Below, one piece after another: positions 8,232 through 17,797 of a DNA stretch of 64,000 nt. The stretch lies in IMG/VR virus record IMGVR_UViG_3300043105_000137, one strand, 5' to 3'. The position numbers and the translations under genes were made by a program. This stretch comes from a virus. Taxonomy: Duplodnaviria > Heunggongvirae > Uroviricota > Caudoviricetes. Within the stretch, counting starts at the first letter, position 1. Every line of letters starts with the position of its first letter. The notes under the pieces are model-generated. The model searched no databases. It was not told where the DNA came from and saw only the letters and a list, made by a program, of their open reading frames with translations.

Positions 8232-9673
8232 ACAAAACATATCTGAACACAATAGGAGATTTTTCCATTAAGTTACCTTTCAAATTAAATGACCAACAAT
8301 TAGATGCACTCGATGAGGTTGACAAATTCATAAAAGACAACAATCCTGATAATCGAGTGCTCACAATAATGGGATGGGCTGGAACAGGTAAAACGACTAT
8401 GATGGAAATTGTCTATGCTCGTTACTGGACATATCGACCTATCCTATTCGCGGCGACTACACACAAGGCGGCGGCGGTCTTAAAATCAAAAGTGGGTAAG
8501 AAAGTATATACAGTCAACTCTCTATTTGGTATTATGATTGAATATGACCTTGATGGTAATGAGTTTGACGCTTCCAAAAAGAAAAGAACATATGCTGACA
8601 AAGATGAAATCCGAGACCATAGTATTATAATTATTGATGAGGCGTCTATGTTGTCTGAAGATAATTATAAAGATGTCATTGAAAAAAGTGAAGCACATGG
8701 TTGTAAGATTATTTTCATTGGTGATCCTGCCCAGTTAGCTCCTGTGAATGAAGGTGATATTTCTATTGTATTTAGAGATAAGAATAAAAACATCGAACTC
8801 ACAAAAGTAGAGAGAACTGATGATGTCCCTATTTTGGAAGAAGCAACCAAAGTGAGAATAGAAGGAGAACTATCATATTCATCTAAGTATGAGGGAGATA
8901 AAGGTGTCAGATATATAACCACAGGAAATGAACTAATAGAAATTATTGATAAGTATATTGATGGACTAAAAACAGACCCTAATTATTTTAGAATTTTGAC
9001 ATACACAAATAATAATGTTGAAAAACTAAACTCAGTGATTAGAAAAAAACTTGGATATGGTCTAATTCCTGAACCGGGTGAACCATTAATGTCTTATAGT
9101 AATTGGGGTTATCACAATGGAACTTATCGTTTCCTTAACTCTGAAAGTTATACTGTTGATGAAATAATATCAGAACGTAAAGAAAGAGTAAAGGATTTAA
9201 TTCATTCATATTGTGGTGACTTGGAACTTACAATAACAGATATGTATATTTCAGATGCGATAGGAACACCTTTGGAAATACCTTATATAGATGTGAGAAA
9301 TAATCCTGTCAATTATGAGGCTTGTAAAATTGTATGTTATGAGAAAGTTGAACAGTGGCGAAGATATAAAGATTGTGAAACACCTATCCAAAAAGGAATG
9401 GTGTTGAAACGTATCAAAGCACTGGATGAGTTATTGTTTGTAAATGATAATATATATGACCAATATGGAAACCTATTACAAGCTAAGGTAGTTGATTTTG
9501 GTTATGTTCACACTATCCACAAATCACAAGGTTGTACTTTTGGAAATGTACTATTGAATGATATCGACATTTCAAATAAGTGTGGTGATGAAAAAATACA
9601 AAGACAACTAAGATATGTAGGTCTAACACGAGCGAAAGATTTCGTGGCAATTTTGACGAATCATATAAATTAA
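8228..9673 (+). CDS. Dda/RecD-like SF1 DNA helicase
   Basis: Walker A is GWAGTGKTT and Walker B IIIDEASML. The C-terminal motif VHTIHKSQGCTF is present. Confidence 0.75.
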   Translation: MNKTYLNTIGDFSIKLPFKLNDQQLDALDEVDKFIKDNNPDNRVLTIMGWAGTGKTTMMEIVYARYWTYRPILFAATTHKAAAVLKSKVGKKVYTVNSLFGIMIEYDLDGNEFDASKKKRTYADKDEIRDHSIIIIDEASMLSEDNYKDVIEKSEAHGCKIIFIGDPAQLAPVNEGDISIVFRDKNKNIELTKVERTDDVPILEEATKVRIEGELSYSSKYEGDKGVRYITTGNELIEIIDKYIDGLKTDPNYFRILTYTNNNVEKLNSVIRKKLGYGLIPEPGEPLMSYSNWGYHNGTYRFLNSESYTVDEIISERKERVKDLIHSYCGDLELTITDMYISDAIGTPLEIPYIDVRNNPVNYEACKIVCYEKVEQWRRYKDCETPIQKGMVLKRIKALDELLFVNDNIYDQYGNLLQAKVVDFGYVHTIHKSQGCTFGNVLLNDIDISNKCGDEKIQRQLRYVGLTRAKDFVAILTNHIN

Positions 9674-9688
9674 TAAAATAACATAGAT

Positions 9689-10051
9689 ATGGAAAAAGAG
9701 TTACCTAACCATTCACTACTAAGAATGGAAGTTCAAAATCTTCATCAGTTTACGATACAACATCTAAATCAATTCAATGATGAGTTGAACCAGATGATTT
9801 CTCAGGAACTTGATCGTTGGATTGAAACAGGATTGAACGAAGAAATTGTTTCAAGTCTGGATAAACATTTGAATGACATGATTAATCAATTAATTCAAGA
9901 ACAGGCTTACAGTTTAATCTCAACTAAAATTTCAGAGGGAGTGAAGAAATATGTTGATGATAAACTTCCGGAGGACAAAGTAAATGAGATTATTGCGAAT
10001 GTGATGGAAGTAAAGTTTCCTTACATTAGTCTAAACAACCAAAAACTTTAA
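9689..10051 (+). CDS. Hypothetical protein
   Basis: A 120-aa ORF in a compact gene array. Confidence 0.45.
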   Translation: MEKELPNHSLLRMEVQNLHQFTIQHLNQFNDELNQMISQELDRWIETGLNEEIVSSLDKHLNDMINQLIQEQAYSLISTKISEGVKKYVDDKLPEDKVNEIIANVMEVKFPYISLNNQKL

Positions 10052-10112
10052 CAAATTTTTAGCACTTAAAATTTGGAGGACTGAAAAAAAACCTGTATCT
10101 TTGTAGTGTAAT
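10048..10112 (+). promoter_or_regulatory. Class-1 promoter cassette (Bacteroidota sigma-A type)
   Basis: An upstream element TTAACAAATTTTTAGCACTTAAAATTTGG is followed by TTTG, a 20-nt spacer, TAtcTTTG, then tagtgtaa. Confidence 0.6.
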
Positions 10113-10130
10113 TAATAAACACCACTAAAA

Positions 10131-10433
10131 ATGGAAACTAAACAGGAACTTCGAGATGAAATCAGACGTCTAAACAATGAGATGACTGATTTGAAAACTG
10201 AAAATATTAAACTCATCCAAAAACTTGACCAGTTTGACACAGCATATGAAAACTGGAAAACATTAAACGGTCAGTTCTTGGATAGATACATCAAAGATTA
10301 TCTAAAAAATAATCTATCTATTGAAATGTCATATACTGGTGATTATGGTCAAGAATCACAATTATCTAATGTTAACATTTCAATAGATGATGTAAAAATC
10401 ATTTCAACAGACAATTATCCCAGTTATTTCTAA
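10131..10433 (+). CDS. Hypothetical coiled-coil protein
   Basis: A 100-aa ORF preceded by a promoter cassette. Confidence 0.5.
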   Translation: METKQELRDEIRRLNNEMTDLKTENIKLIQKLDQFDTAYENWKTLNGQFLDRYIKDYLKNNLSIEMSYTGDYGQESQLSNVNISIDDVKIISTDNYPSYF

Positions 10434-10445
10434 AACTTAAAGAAT

Positions 10446-11060
10446 ATGTTTAGTTACGACCACAACTACTTAGGTAAATTGTATATAGTTAAGGCCAAGT
10501 GTCTTAGTAAATATGCAAGAAAGTCCCTCCGTTCACCCCTATTCACTGTCCACAATAATGAGGAAGGTGATTTCATAGGACTCACCTCAGAATACTTGGG
10601 TGAAGAATATGATTGGGGTTTGGTAAAAATCACTGAAGATTTTGGTGATAAAGTAAAAGGCATGGTATATCTCCTTGATGTACATTGTTGTTACCAATAT
10701 GGAAATCTTGTCAGTGAAGAAATCATTGAGAAAGAAGACTTGGTTTTACTTAACTGGCCGATGGTTATGTATCTATATAATGTCCTTGGTTGGGATTGGT
10801 TGGTAGATAGTTACCTTCGTTATCTTGAAATCTTCTCAACTGGTCGTTCAGGTATCACATCAGACTGGGCGATTAGAGATTTCAAAACAGATAAGGTTCT
10901 CAAAGAGTTCAAAGACAGAGAGGATTATGATGAAAACTATGTTCCTTGGATGATTAAACAAGTTGAAACACAGATGAACATTAATCAAATCGAAACCGAG
11001 TTAGAAAACAAATTCCCTAAACTTTATAACAACAACTATCATGTATCAAGCCGAAGTTAA
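10446..11060 (+). CDS. Hypothetical protein
   Basis: A 204-aa ORF. Confidence 0.45.
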   Translation: MFSYDHNYLGKLYIVKAKCLSKYARKSLRSPLFTVHNNEEGDFIGLTSEYLGEEYDWGLVKITEDFGDKVKGMVYLLDVHCCYQYGNLVSEEIIEKEDLVLLNWPMVMYLYNVLGWDWLVDSYLRYLEIFSTGRSGITSDWAIRDFKTDKVLKEFKDREDYDENYVPWMIKQVETQMNINQIETELENKFPKLYNNNYHVSSRS

Positions 11061-11218
11061 AGAAGTCTTTAATGACACCCTTCTCAAACCCTCTTACTCA
11101 GGTAAAAAAATGACAAAGGATGACCTCGTTAAGTTTTGGGGTTTGAATGAACCGGACATTGAATGGTATAATCTCTATGAGGTTGACCAAAATGGTAATC
11201 GTAAAATGATGAAATAAA

Positions 11219-12493
11219 ATGAAACTAACATTCAAAGACATAGAAGATAAAGGACTTCTCTTATATCGTTACATAAGGGGTTCACAGGTCTATGGTACCA
11301 ATGTCGAAACAAGTGACGTTGATGAAGGTGGTATCTATATCGCTCCCTCAAATCAACTTCTTGACCTTGGTTTTGATTACCAGAATGAAATCTGTGATGA
11401 GAAACATGATACCTGTTGGTGGGAGATAGGTAAGTTCATGAGACTACTCCTATCATCTAACCCCACTGTATTGGAAGCCCTGTTCGTTCCTGATGATAAG
11501 GTCTTGTATGAACACCCCATCATTACGAATATCAAAAAGTATCGTGACCAATTCATCACCAAACAATGTTTCATGCCTTTTGGTGGTTATGCTGTGTCTC
11601 AGATTAAAAAGGCTCAGGGACAAGATAAGAAAATTCACTGGGACATTGAGAAGATGGTTAGAAAGACTCCCCTCGATTTTTGTTATACTTTTAAGGGACA
11701 GGGTAGTCAAAACATTCAAACTTGGCTCAGTGAACGAGGTCTTGACCAAAGTAACTGTGGATTGGTAAATGTGCCCAATATGCCTAATATGTTTGATGTG
11801 TTCTATGACTTTGGTCAACACATTGAACTAAATGGTATCACAAAAGAATTTTTCACCGACGAAAAAAATCGTAATGACAAATTCTTGAACTATGTATATA
11901 CAACTTTAACATCTAAATTTGACCAGACCGAAATGAAATGGTCTTGGGTAATGAAAAATCTTTATGAAAAAATTAAAACTCCTTTTGGTAAACACTGCGG
12001 TATCATTTCTAATGTGGGTTCAAGTAATGAAATCCGTTTTTCAGAAACATTAAAAGGTTCTACACCTATTTGTTATATGTCTTACAATGAAAATGGTTAT
12101 AGACAACATTGTAAGAAATATCGTGAGTATGAGGATTGGAAGAAAAACCGTAACAAAGCTCGGTATGAAAACAACCTTGAAGGACTCGAAAAAGAAAACT
12201 CAGCGAAGTTCTATGATGCTAAGAATATGTGTCACTGTTTCCGTCTGATTTCTATGGCGATTGAAGTAGCTAAGGGTGAAGGACTTAAACTTGACCGTAG
12301 AGGAATTGATGCTGATTTTCTCCTTGATGTTAGAAATAGAAAATATACTTATGATGAGTTGATGTCTAAACTAACAGAACTTAAATCTCAAATGGATGAA
12401 GAAATATCTAAATCTGTTATTCCTGATGAGATTTCTGTTGATATGGTAAATGACCTCCTGTTATATGCACGAAATAAATTCAACCAGAAATGA
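11219..12493 (+). CDS. Pol-beta-superfamily nucleotidyltransferase
   Basis: The N-terminus carries GSQVYGTNVETSDVDEGG, a match to the GS-x9-13-DxD nucleotidyltransferase signature. Confidence 0.5.
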   Translation: MKLTFKDIEDKGLLLYRYIRGSQVYGTNVETSDVDEGGIYIAPSNQLLDLGFDYQNEICDEKHDTCWWEIGKFMRLLLSSNPTVLEALFVPDDKVLYEHPIITNIKKYRDQFITKQCFMPFGGYAVSQIKKAQGQDKKIHWDIEKMVRKTPLDFCYTFKGQGSQNIQTWLSERGLDQSNCGLVNVPNMPNMFDVFYDFGQHIELNGITKEFFTDEKNRNDKFLNYVYTTLTSKFDQTEMKWSWVMKNLYEKIKTPFGKHCGIISNVGSSNEIRFSETLKGSTPICYMSYNENGYRQHCKKYREYEDWKKNRNKARYENNLEGLEKENSAKFYDAKNMCHCFRLISMAIEVAKGEGLKLDRRGIDADFLLDVRNRKYTYDELMSKLTELKSQMDEEISKSVIPDEISVDMVNDLLLYARNKFNQK

Positions 12494-12699
12494 TAGGATA
12501 TATTTTAGGTATTTTAGTAGCATATTGTCTTGGACTTTATACTATCCATATCATATTGAGTGATTACAAAAAATCATCTCTTAGGTTCAAAAACATACAA
12601 CGTGATTTGATATTTCACTTTATAATGTCACTCTTTTCTTGGGGATCCGTTGTAGTTTATATCATCTTAATAATTCAACTTCACATTTATAAAAATTGA
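12490..12699 (+). CDS. Small membrane protein
   Basis: Two predicted hydrophobic helices. Confidence 0.4.
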   Translation: MIGYILGILVAYCLGLYTIHIILSDYKKSSLRFKNIQRDLIFHFIMSLFSWGSVVVYIILIIQLHIYKN

Positions 12700-12929
12700 T
12701 TATGAGCACTTGGTTAATTATTTTTATCATCTATGTTCTTGGTTGTATAGTTAACTTCTGGTTGACTGGAAAAATCACAAAGAACTATTATAAAACTCGA
12801 CCTGTCCCCTCAAAAGAAACCCTCAGAAAAGACAGATTGATTGACCTTATCCTGTCAATTTCATCTTGGATCGGTGTCATGGCTCTGTTGTTCAGTTCTG
12901 TTTGTTACTATGCAGGAGATGAAGATTAA
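12696..12929 (+). CDS. Small membrane protein
   Basis: Two hydrophobic helices and an ATGA overlap with the upstream gene. Confidence 0.4.
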   Translation: MIMSTWLIIFIIYVLGCIVNFWLTGKITKNYYKTRPVPSKETLRKDRLIDLILSISSWIGVMALLFSSVCYYAGDED

Positions 12930-12942
12930 TAATAAGTAAGGT

Positions 12943-13095
12943 ATGTTTACAGGAATTCATGCTATCGTTTTGATGATTATGTGTTACTGTGCAGGTATTG
13001 GAGCCATTATCTTTGGACTCGAAATCATTATCTACGTTATAACCTACAGTATTCTCGATAGAAAAGAAAAACAATTAGAAAAATGGCGACACTAA
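12943..13095 (+). CDS. Small membrane protein (50 aa)
   Basis: The hydrophobic sequence MFTGIHAIVLMIMCYCAGIGAIIFGLEIIIYV.. falls below the track cutoff. Confidence 0.3.
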   Translation: MFTGIHAIVLMIMCYCAGIGAIIFGLEIIIYVITYSILDRKEKQLEKWRH

Positions 13096-13230
13096 CATTT
13101 TGTATATTATGTTTCTTTGTGGTTGTGGTTGCCTCTCTGTTTTGTTGGTTGATCATTAATGTTTACTTTGATATTTGTGAGAACATTAGGGATATTAAAA
13201 AAATAAACAAAAAATTAAACAAAGAAAAAT
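13081..13230 (+). CDS. Small membrane protein (49 aa)
   Basis: The hydrophobic sequence MATLTFCILCFFVVVVASLFCWLIINVYF.. falls below the track cutoff. Confidence 0.3.
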
Positions 13231-13600
13231 GAAAAAGTTTAAGACAGAAGAAGTCAAACAGAAAGCTCTGAACATTTTATATAATGACAACAATCTCTCT
13301 AAGAAAAATGTTGATAGTTATATAAATGGTTGGTTGGATGCTCAGAAAGAATGTGACCAACCAATGAAAGATGACATTACTGATTTTATAAAATACTTCT
13401 CAGATAAGACTGATAAAAATTCATTCTATCAAGAACTCCAACGACATTATGGATATAGTGGTTATACATCACTTCCCCAAAATGTAAATGTGATTATTGA
13501 TAAGTATGACAAGATATGTGATAAACTAAAAGAAGTTGTCACAATGCTTGATGAAGTCTATTCACTGAAATTACATTCTAAAGATTATGTCGGTCAATGA
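13229..13600 (+). CDS. Hypothetical protein
   Basis: A 123-aa ORF. Confidence 0.45.
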   Translation: MKKFKTEEVKQKALNILYNDNNLSKKNVDSYINGWLDAQKECDQPMKDDITDFIKYFSDKTDKNSFYQELQRHYGYSGYTSLPQNVNVIIDKYDKICDKLKEVVTMLDEVYSLKLHSKDYVGQ

Positions 13601-13677
13601 TATTCTATTAGTGATAGCCATGGCATTAGCTGTCGTGACTATCTGTCTTTTAATATATGTTTTTATAAAATTGTGGG

Positions 13678-14769
13678 ATGAATGATTTAATTAAAGACCT
13701 ATACTTTACGAAAAGTTTCGTCAGTTATTCACATGGTCTAAATAAATGTTTTGGTTGTAAGTATTGTCGAGCGATTGAAACTGACAAATTAAACTATGAC
13801 ATTTTACCAGAAGAAATCAATCCCATCTTCAAAAGTTTTCCGGTTGCGATTAATTTGATGTATGGAGATCCCCTTCTACAAGTTGATGATACTGTAAAGA
13901 AACTTAGGAGATTGGAAAGTGTTGGTCATACAGGCCCAGTTATCATAATCACCAAAGGAGATATATCAAAGTTTCCTATTTTGGAAACTTTTGACTTGAA
14001 CCTTCATTTTGGTTTATCTACTTTTGGTTATGATTCTCCTTATGATGGTAATACATTAAAACGGTTTATTCACAATCTCGATGTCATTTCTCAAAGTAAT
14101 TACAAGTATAACATTGAGTTCAGACCTATCATTCGTGATGTAAATGACTCTGATGATGTCTTTGACTTTGTATGTCGAACTGCTTCTGAATATAAAACAT
14201 CTATTGGGTATTCAGGATTACAGGTCAACCCCTCACTAAAACAATATTTAGAAAGTCAAGATATTCATTTCAAACCGTATGATGGACATGAGTTTGGGTT
14301 GAAGAAATTTATATCTGATGAGAGAGATAATAGACTGAGAGAAATTGCTAAGTCTTATGATGTCCCTATTTTTAGAAAGACTTCATGTTTAATTGCCCAT
14401 ACACATAATCTGGAAAGGGATCCAAATGCACATTATTATAGACCAAATGAGGTTGGTTGTTGGGATTGTCCTATGAGGGATAAATGTATGAGTTATAAGA
14501 AATCCCATGAAACAAAAACTAAACTTGATATTGAAATCCCCTTTAATTATGAGTTAATCCATGATGTAAAATACCAATGTGGTCTATTGAAAGCAGGTCT
14601 ATGTAAATTTCCATCTAATGATTGTTTGAATATATCCGGAACTGTGATTAAAATAGATGATGAGATTACGACGACAGATGTTCGTGCGATAAAATGGTTA
14701 ACCGGATATACAGTCCAAGCCAAATTTCAAGAATTACCCTACCTATCAAAAAACTGGTTAAAACAATGA
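13678..14769 (+). CDS. Hypothetical Cys-cluster protein, possibly a radical-SAM-like Fe-S enzyme
   Basis: An N-terminal CFGCKYC cluster (CxxCxxC) is followed by a Gly-rich MYGDPLL segment. This fit is weak because canonical radical SAM enzymes have CxxxCxxC. Confidence 0.3.
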   Translation: MNDLIKDLYFTKSFVSYSHGLNKCFGCKYCRAIETDKLNYDILPEEINPIFKSFPVAINLMYGDPLLQVDDTVKKLRRLESVGHTGPVIIITKGDISKFPILETFDLNLHFGLSTFGYDSPYDGNTLKRFIHNLDVISQSNYKYNIEFRPIIRDVNDSDDVFDFVCRTASEYKTSIGYSGLQVNPSLKQYLESQDIHFKPYDGHEFGLKKFISDERDNRLREIAKSYDVPIFRKTSCLIAHTHNLERDPNAHYYRPNEVGCWDCPMRDKCMSYKKSHETKTKLDIEIPFNYELIHDVKYQCGLLKAGLCKFPSNDCLNISGTVIKIDDEITTTDVRAIKWLTGYTVQAKFQELPYLSKNWLKQ

Positions 14770-15095
14770 AACCTCAAATTACTGCGAAAGAACTATTGAA
14801 TAATCCCAAATATTATGAGGAAATAGTTAATAAAGTGTACCAAATCATCCTAAAATCTTCAACTTTTGTTAATGTTTATTTAGAAGGACATGAAGTTGAA
14901 ATGATTGATGTAGATTTCAATGGTGAAGGAAGATTTAAGGAAGTTGAAGAATACTTTGAAGATTTCGCAATAGAATATAAATGGATTTGTCACATCTATG
15001 ATGATGCTATGGATATGATTCGTGATAATTATAGAGTTTATGGATATGACAATGACGAATTTTTCTCTTATAAAAAAGATGAATATTATGATTGA
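14766..15095 (+). CDS. Small acidic protein
   Basis: The start was moved to the ATG overlapping the upstream stop (ATGA). The protein is rich in D and E. Confidence 0.4.
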   Translation: MKPQITAKELLNNPKYYEEIVNKVYQIILKSSTFVNVYLEGHEVEMIDVDFNGEGRFKEVEEYFEDFAIEYKWICHIYDDAMDMIRDNYRVYGYDNDEFFSYKKDEYYD

Positions 15096-15339
15096 AAAGA
15101 AAGAAGATTTTACAATTAAAGAATTAAGAGAGTGGATAAGACATGACTTTTTAGATGCCTTGTCTTATGCAGTCAATAATGATGATGATTTATATCTCTG
15201 TCAAAAGTTTCAGAATTATTTTCTTTGGAGAGTAGGTCGAGTACATTGGGGGGGAGTGACAACTGAAACTGCACATTTTTTTAATGAACATAAAGAATTA
15301 ATTAATACAATAGTTGAATTAGTAAATGAAAAAGTATGA
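15088..15339 (+). CDS. Small hypothetical protein
   Basis: The start was chosen at the ATGATTGA overlap. The track ORF begins at 15022. Confidence 0.35.
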   Translation: MIEKKEDFTIKELREWIRHDFLDALSYAVNNDDDLYLCQKFQNYFLWRVGRVHWGGVTTETAHFFNEHKELINTIVELVNEKV

Positions 15340-15634
15340 TAATAGATATAGTGAGTCCGAACTATCATCAGCACGTGAGGATTGTGGAGAGATATGGGAT
15401 GAAGTAATCGCCGAAGTAGCTCAGTTAGTTGTTGATGAGTTTATCAGTTGTGAATCTTCTTGGGAGGTTGTTTCTGAAAAAATTGACAATGGTGGAATAA
15501 AGAAATTTGTATTTGAGTATTTTGACCAGTCGGATTTTGATGAAGATTTTGTTGATGGTATATATGGAAATGTGATGGATAATATTCTTGATGACATTTT
15601 TGATAGTTTGATAATAATGGGGATGGGGAAATAA
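15326..15634 (+). CDS. Small, very acidic protein
   Basis: The 102-aa protein is dominated by D, E, F and I residues. Confidence 0.45.
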   Translation: MKKYDNRYSESELSSAREDCGEIWDEVIAEVAQLVVDEFISCESSWEVVSEKIDNGGIKKFVFEYFDQSDFDEDFVDGIYGNVMDNILDDIFDSLIIMGMGK

Positions 15635-15637
15635 CTT

Positions 15638-15702
15638 TTAACAAATTTTTAGCACTTAAAATTTGGAGATGTTAGAAAAAACCTGTAACTTTGTAGTGTA
15701 AT
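15638..15702 (+). promoter_or_regulatory. Class-1 promoter cassette
   Basis: The sequence is TTTTAACAAATTTTTAGCACTTAAAATTTGG...TAacTTTGtagtgtaa. Confidence 0.6.
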
Positions 15703-15718
15703 TAAAAAACAAGATATA

Positions 15719-16339
15719 ATGACAGAACAAGATTACATAGAATATGCTGAACAAGCCTTCGACAATATAGTTGATGCTCTTGAACAGATTGAACTTGGAA
15801 AGGTAACAATCCTTACAGGTGACAATGGTTCAGGTAAGTCACTTATTAGAAAAGTCCTTGCTTCTGACCTCAAAAGAAAGAACAATGGTGAGAAGGTGAT
15901 TGTTGCGGATTCTTCTATGGATAAACGAACCGGACTTCATAGTGAAATGGGTGGTGGTGGTGTTTTCCTTCGTGACACATCTTGGGTAGCAACATCAAGT
16001 AACACAATGAATGGAATCAAAGGTTTGTTTAGTTGTTCAGATGACCGTTATATCGTACTTGATGAACCTGAAATTGGTATGAGTGCTTCTATGCAAATGT
16101 CATGGGGTAAATATATCAATGACTACTTGACTGAAAATAAGGACAAATACAAAGGTGTTCTTATCATTTCTCACTCAAAAACTCTGATTAATCAACTCAC
16201 AATCGCTGACAAATTCATTAATATCCAAAAGAAAACCAAAGAAGAATGGATGAATGAAGAACCAGAGATGATTGATATTGAAGAATTTGAGAAAAAATCA
16301 AATGCTCTTTATAAGGTGTTGTCAAATCACCTCAAATAA
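15719..16339 (+). CDS. P-loop ATPase (ABC/AAA_21-like)
   Basis: Walker A is GDNGSGKS and the Walker B / D-loop region reads VLDEPEIGMS. Confidence 0.55.
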   Translation: MTEQDYIEYAEQAFDNIVDALEQIELGKVTILTGDNGSGKSLIRKVLASDLKRKNNGEKVIVADSSMDKRTGLHSEMGGGGVFLRDTSWVATSSNTMNGIKGLFSCSDDRYIVLDEPEIGMSASMQMSWGKYINDYLTENKDKYKGVLIISHSKTLINQLTIADKFINIQKKTKEEWMNEEPEMIDIEEFEKKSNALYKVLSNHLK

Positions 16340-16363
16340 GTCTAACCTCTAATTTCAAATAAA

Positions 16364-16543
16364 ATGGACAAATACGACCTCAAAGAAAAATTGGTTCACC
16401 TACATGAAACAATAGATGCAAAACTTCGTGACCTCATGTATAGTGAATGTGATGAAGAAACAGGTGAGATTCGAGATAGAATTTACATCCGCCTCTCTAA
16501 TGAACTCTATAAACTTGAAGAAGAAATTTATAACATCTATTAA
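16364..16543 (+). CDS. Small hypothetical protein (59 aa)
   Basis: The sequence begins MDKYDLKEKLVHLHETIDAKL... and falls below the track cutoff. Confidence 0.3.
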   Translation: MDKYDLKEKLVHLHETIDAKLRDLMYSECDEETGEIRDRIYIRLSNELYKLEEEIYNIY

Positions 16544-16545
16544 TT

Positions 16546-17025
16546 ATGATTGCTGAAAATTATAAAACTCTCGAACAAGCTATCACCATCCTTGAAATTC
16601 TTGGTGTTCCTCACTATGACATGATGGTGTGTGGAAGTATCGCTCTTGATATTTGTGGTTTGTTCCCTGAAAATAGAGACGCCGCCACTGACATAGACAT
16701 TGTTATCCGAGTAAAACATGATGAAATAGAAGCTTATCGTCGACTTATTCTCTGGGTAAACAATATCCAAGAACGTGTAATGGGACAAGAAACATCACCC
16801 GGAAAACCCATGTCACTATATATGAAAGGTGATAAACACATTGATATATGGTTGGTGGACAAAGAAACTACCGACTTTGGAACAGATATTCAATTCCAAT
16901 CAAAGGATCCTGTTGTGACTGGTTTCTGGGTTGAACGACCTATCGACTGTATCAACAAAAAGAAAGAATACAATCGAACAAAAGACATTAAGGATATTCA
17001 ATCAATCGTAAAAAAAATATTATGA
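16546..17025 (+). CDS. Minimal nucleotidyltransferase (pol-beta fold)
   Basis: The segment CGSIALDICGL...DIDIVIRV matches the GS...DxD nucleotidyltransferase signature. Confidence 0.5.
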   Translation: MIAENYKTLEQAITILEILGVPHYDMMVCGSIALDICGLFPENRDAATDIDIVIRVKHDEIEAYRRLILWVNNIQERVMGQETSPGKPMSLYMKGDKHIDIWLVDKETTDFGTDIQFQSKDPVVTGFWVERPIDCINKKKEYNRTKDIKDIQSIVKKIL

Positions 17026-17285
17026 TAAATCTCGCTGATATACTAAGACATTGTAAAAAAGGTATCACACTCTACACTACAGTCTATGGTGAAGTAACAT
17101 TTAATGGTGTTTCTGAATTTGAGACCATTATGTTTTCGTGCGATATTAATGATGATGAGGTCTTTTGTGATGCAACTGATATGTATGGAAAGTTGTTCTC
17201 AAAAGGTGAGTGTATCATTTTCCCAAGCTATGACCGTCTCAAATGGAATGATGTTAAGGAAGTAAATGGTGAACTGTCATGGTAA
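17022..17285 (+). CDS. Hypothetical protein
   Basis: An 87-aa ORF with an ATGA overlap. Confidence 0.4.
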   Translation: MINLADILRHCKKGITLYTTVYGEVTFNGVSEFETIMFSCDINDDEVFCDATDMYGKLFSKGECIIFPSYDRLKWNDVKEVNGELSW

Positions 17286-17797
17286 ATCGAATAAGTGTTT
17301 TTTCACAAGCTGACTTCGACATTAAGATGTGGCGAATGAATATCAGCGATGAAAATGTGGAGAGAGAAACAGACAAGGCGTTCATCTCTATCATTGGAAC
17401 ACCGGATTGTCTTAACAACTATCTCCATGAAGAAACATATCACTGGTTCCAAAAAGATACAGATAATGTGTTGAATATGGAATTTGATGATGTGAATGAT
17501 GACCAATTCCTATACAAAGGGACAACGTTCTTAGGTATCAGTGAAGACCAAGCTAAGAAATGTGTAGAATTTATTGAACGAAATAAAGGTCGTAATTTCT
17601 ATATTCACTGTCGAGCTGGTAAATCAAGATCACAAGCCATCTGTCGTTTCATACTTGATATGTATGGTGAAGAATATGGATACACTGAAAAAGAATCATG
17701 TCTATCCAGTAACCCTCCCAAAACACCTAACATCAGGGTGTTGACTATGTTGAAAAGAGAATTTTATAAACTCCATAATATGTTTGAAGAAAAATGA
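17279..17797 (+). CDS. Protein tyrosine / dual-specificity phosphatase
   Basis: The CX5R catalytic loop IHCRAGKSRS is present. Confidence 0.6.
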   Translation: MVNRISVFSQADFDIKMWRMNISDENVERETDKAFISIIGTPDCLNNYLHEETYHWFQKDTDNVLNMEFDDVNDDQFLYKGTTFLGISEDQAKKCVEFIERNKGRNFYIHCRAGKSRSQAICRFILDMYGEEYGYTEKESCLSSNPPKTPNIRVLTMLKREFYKLHNMFEEK

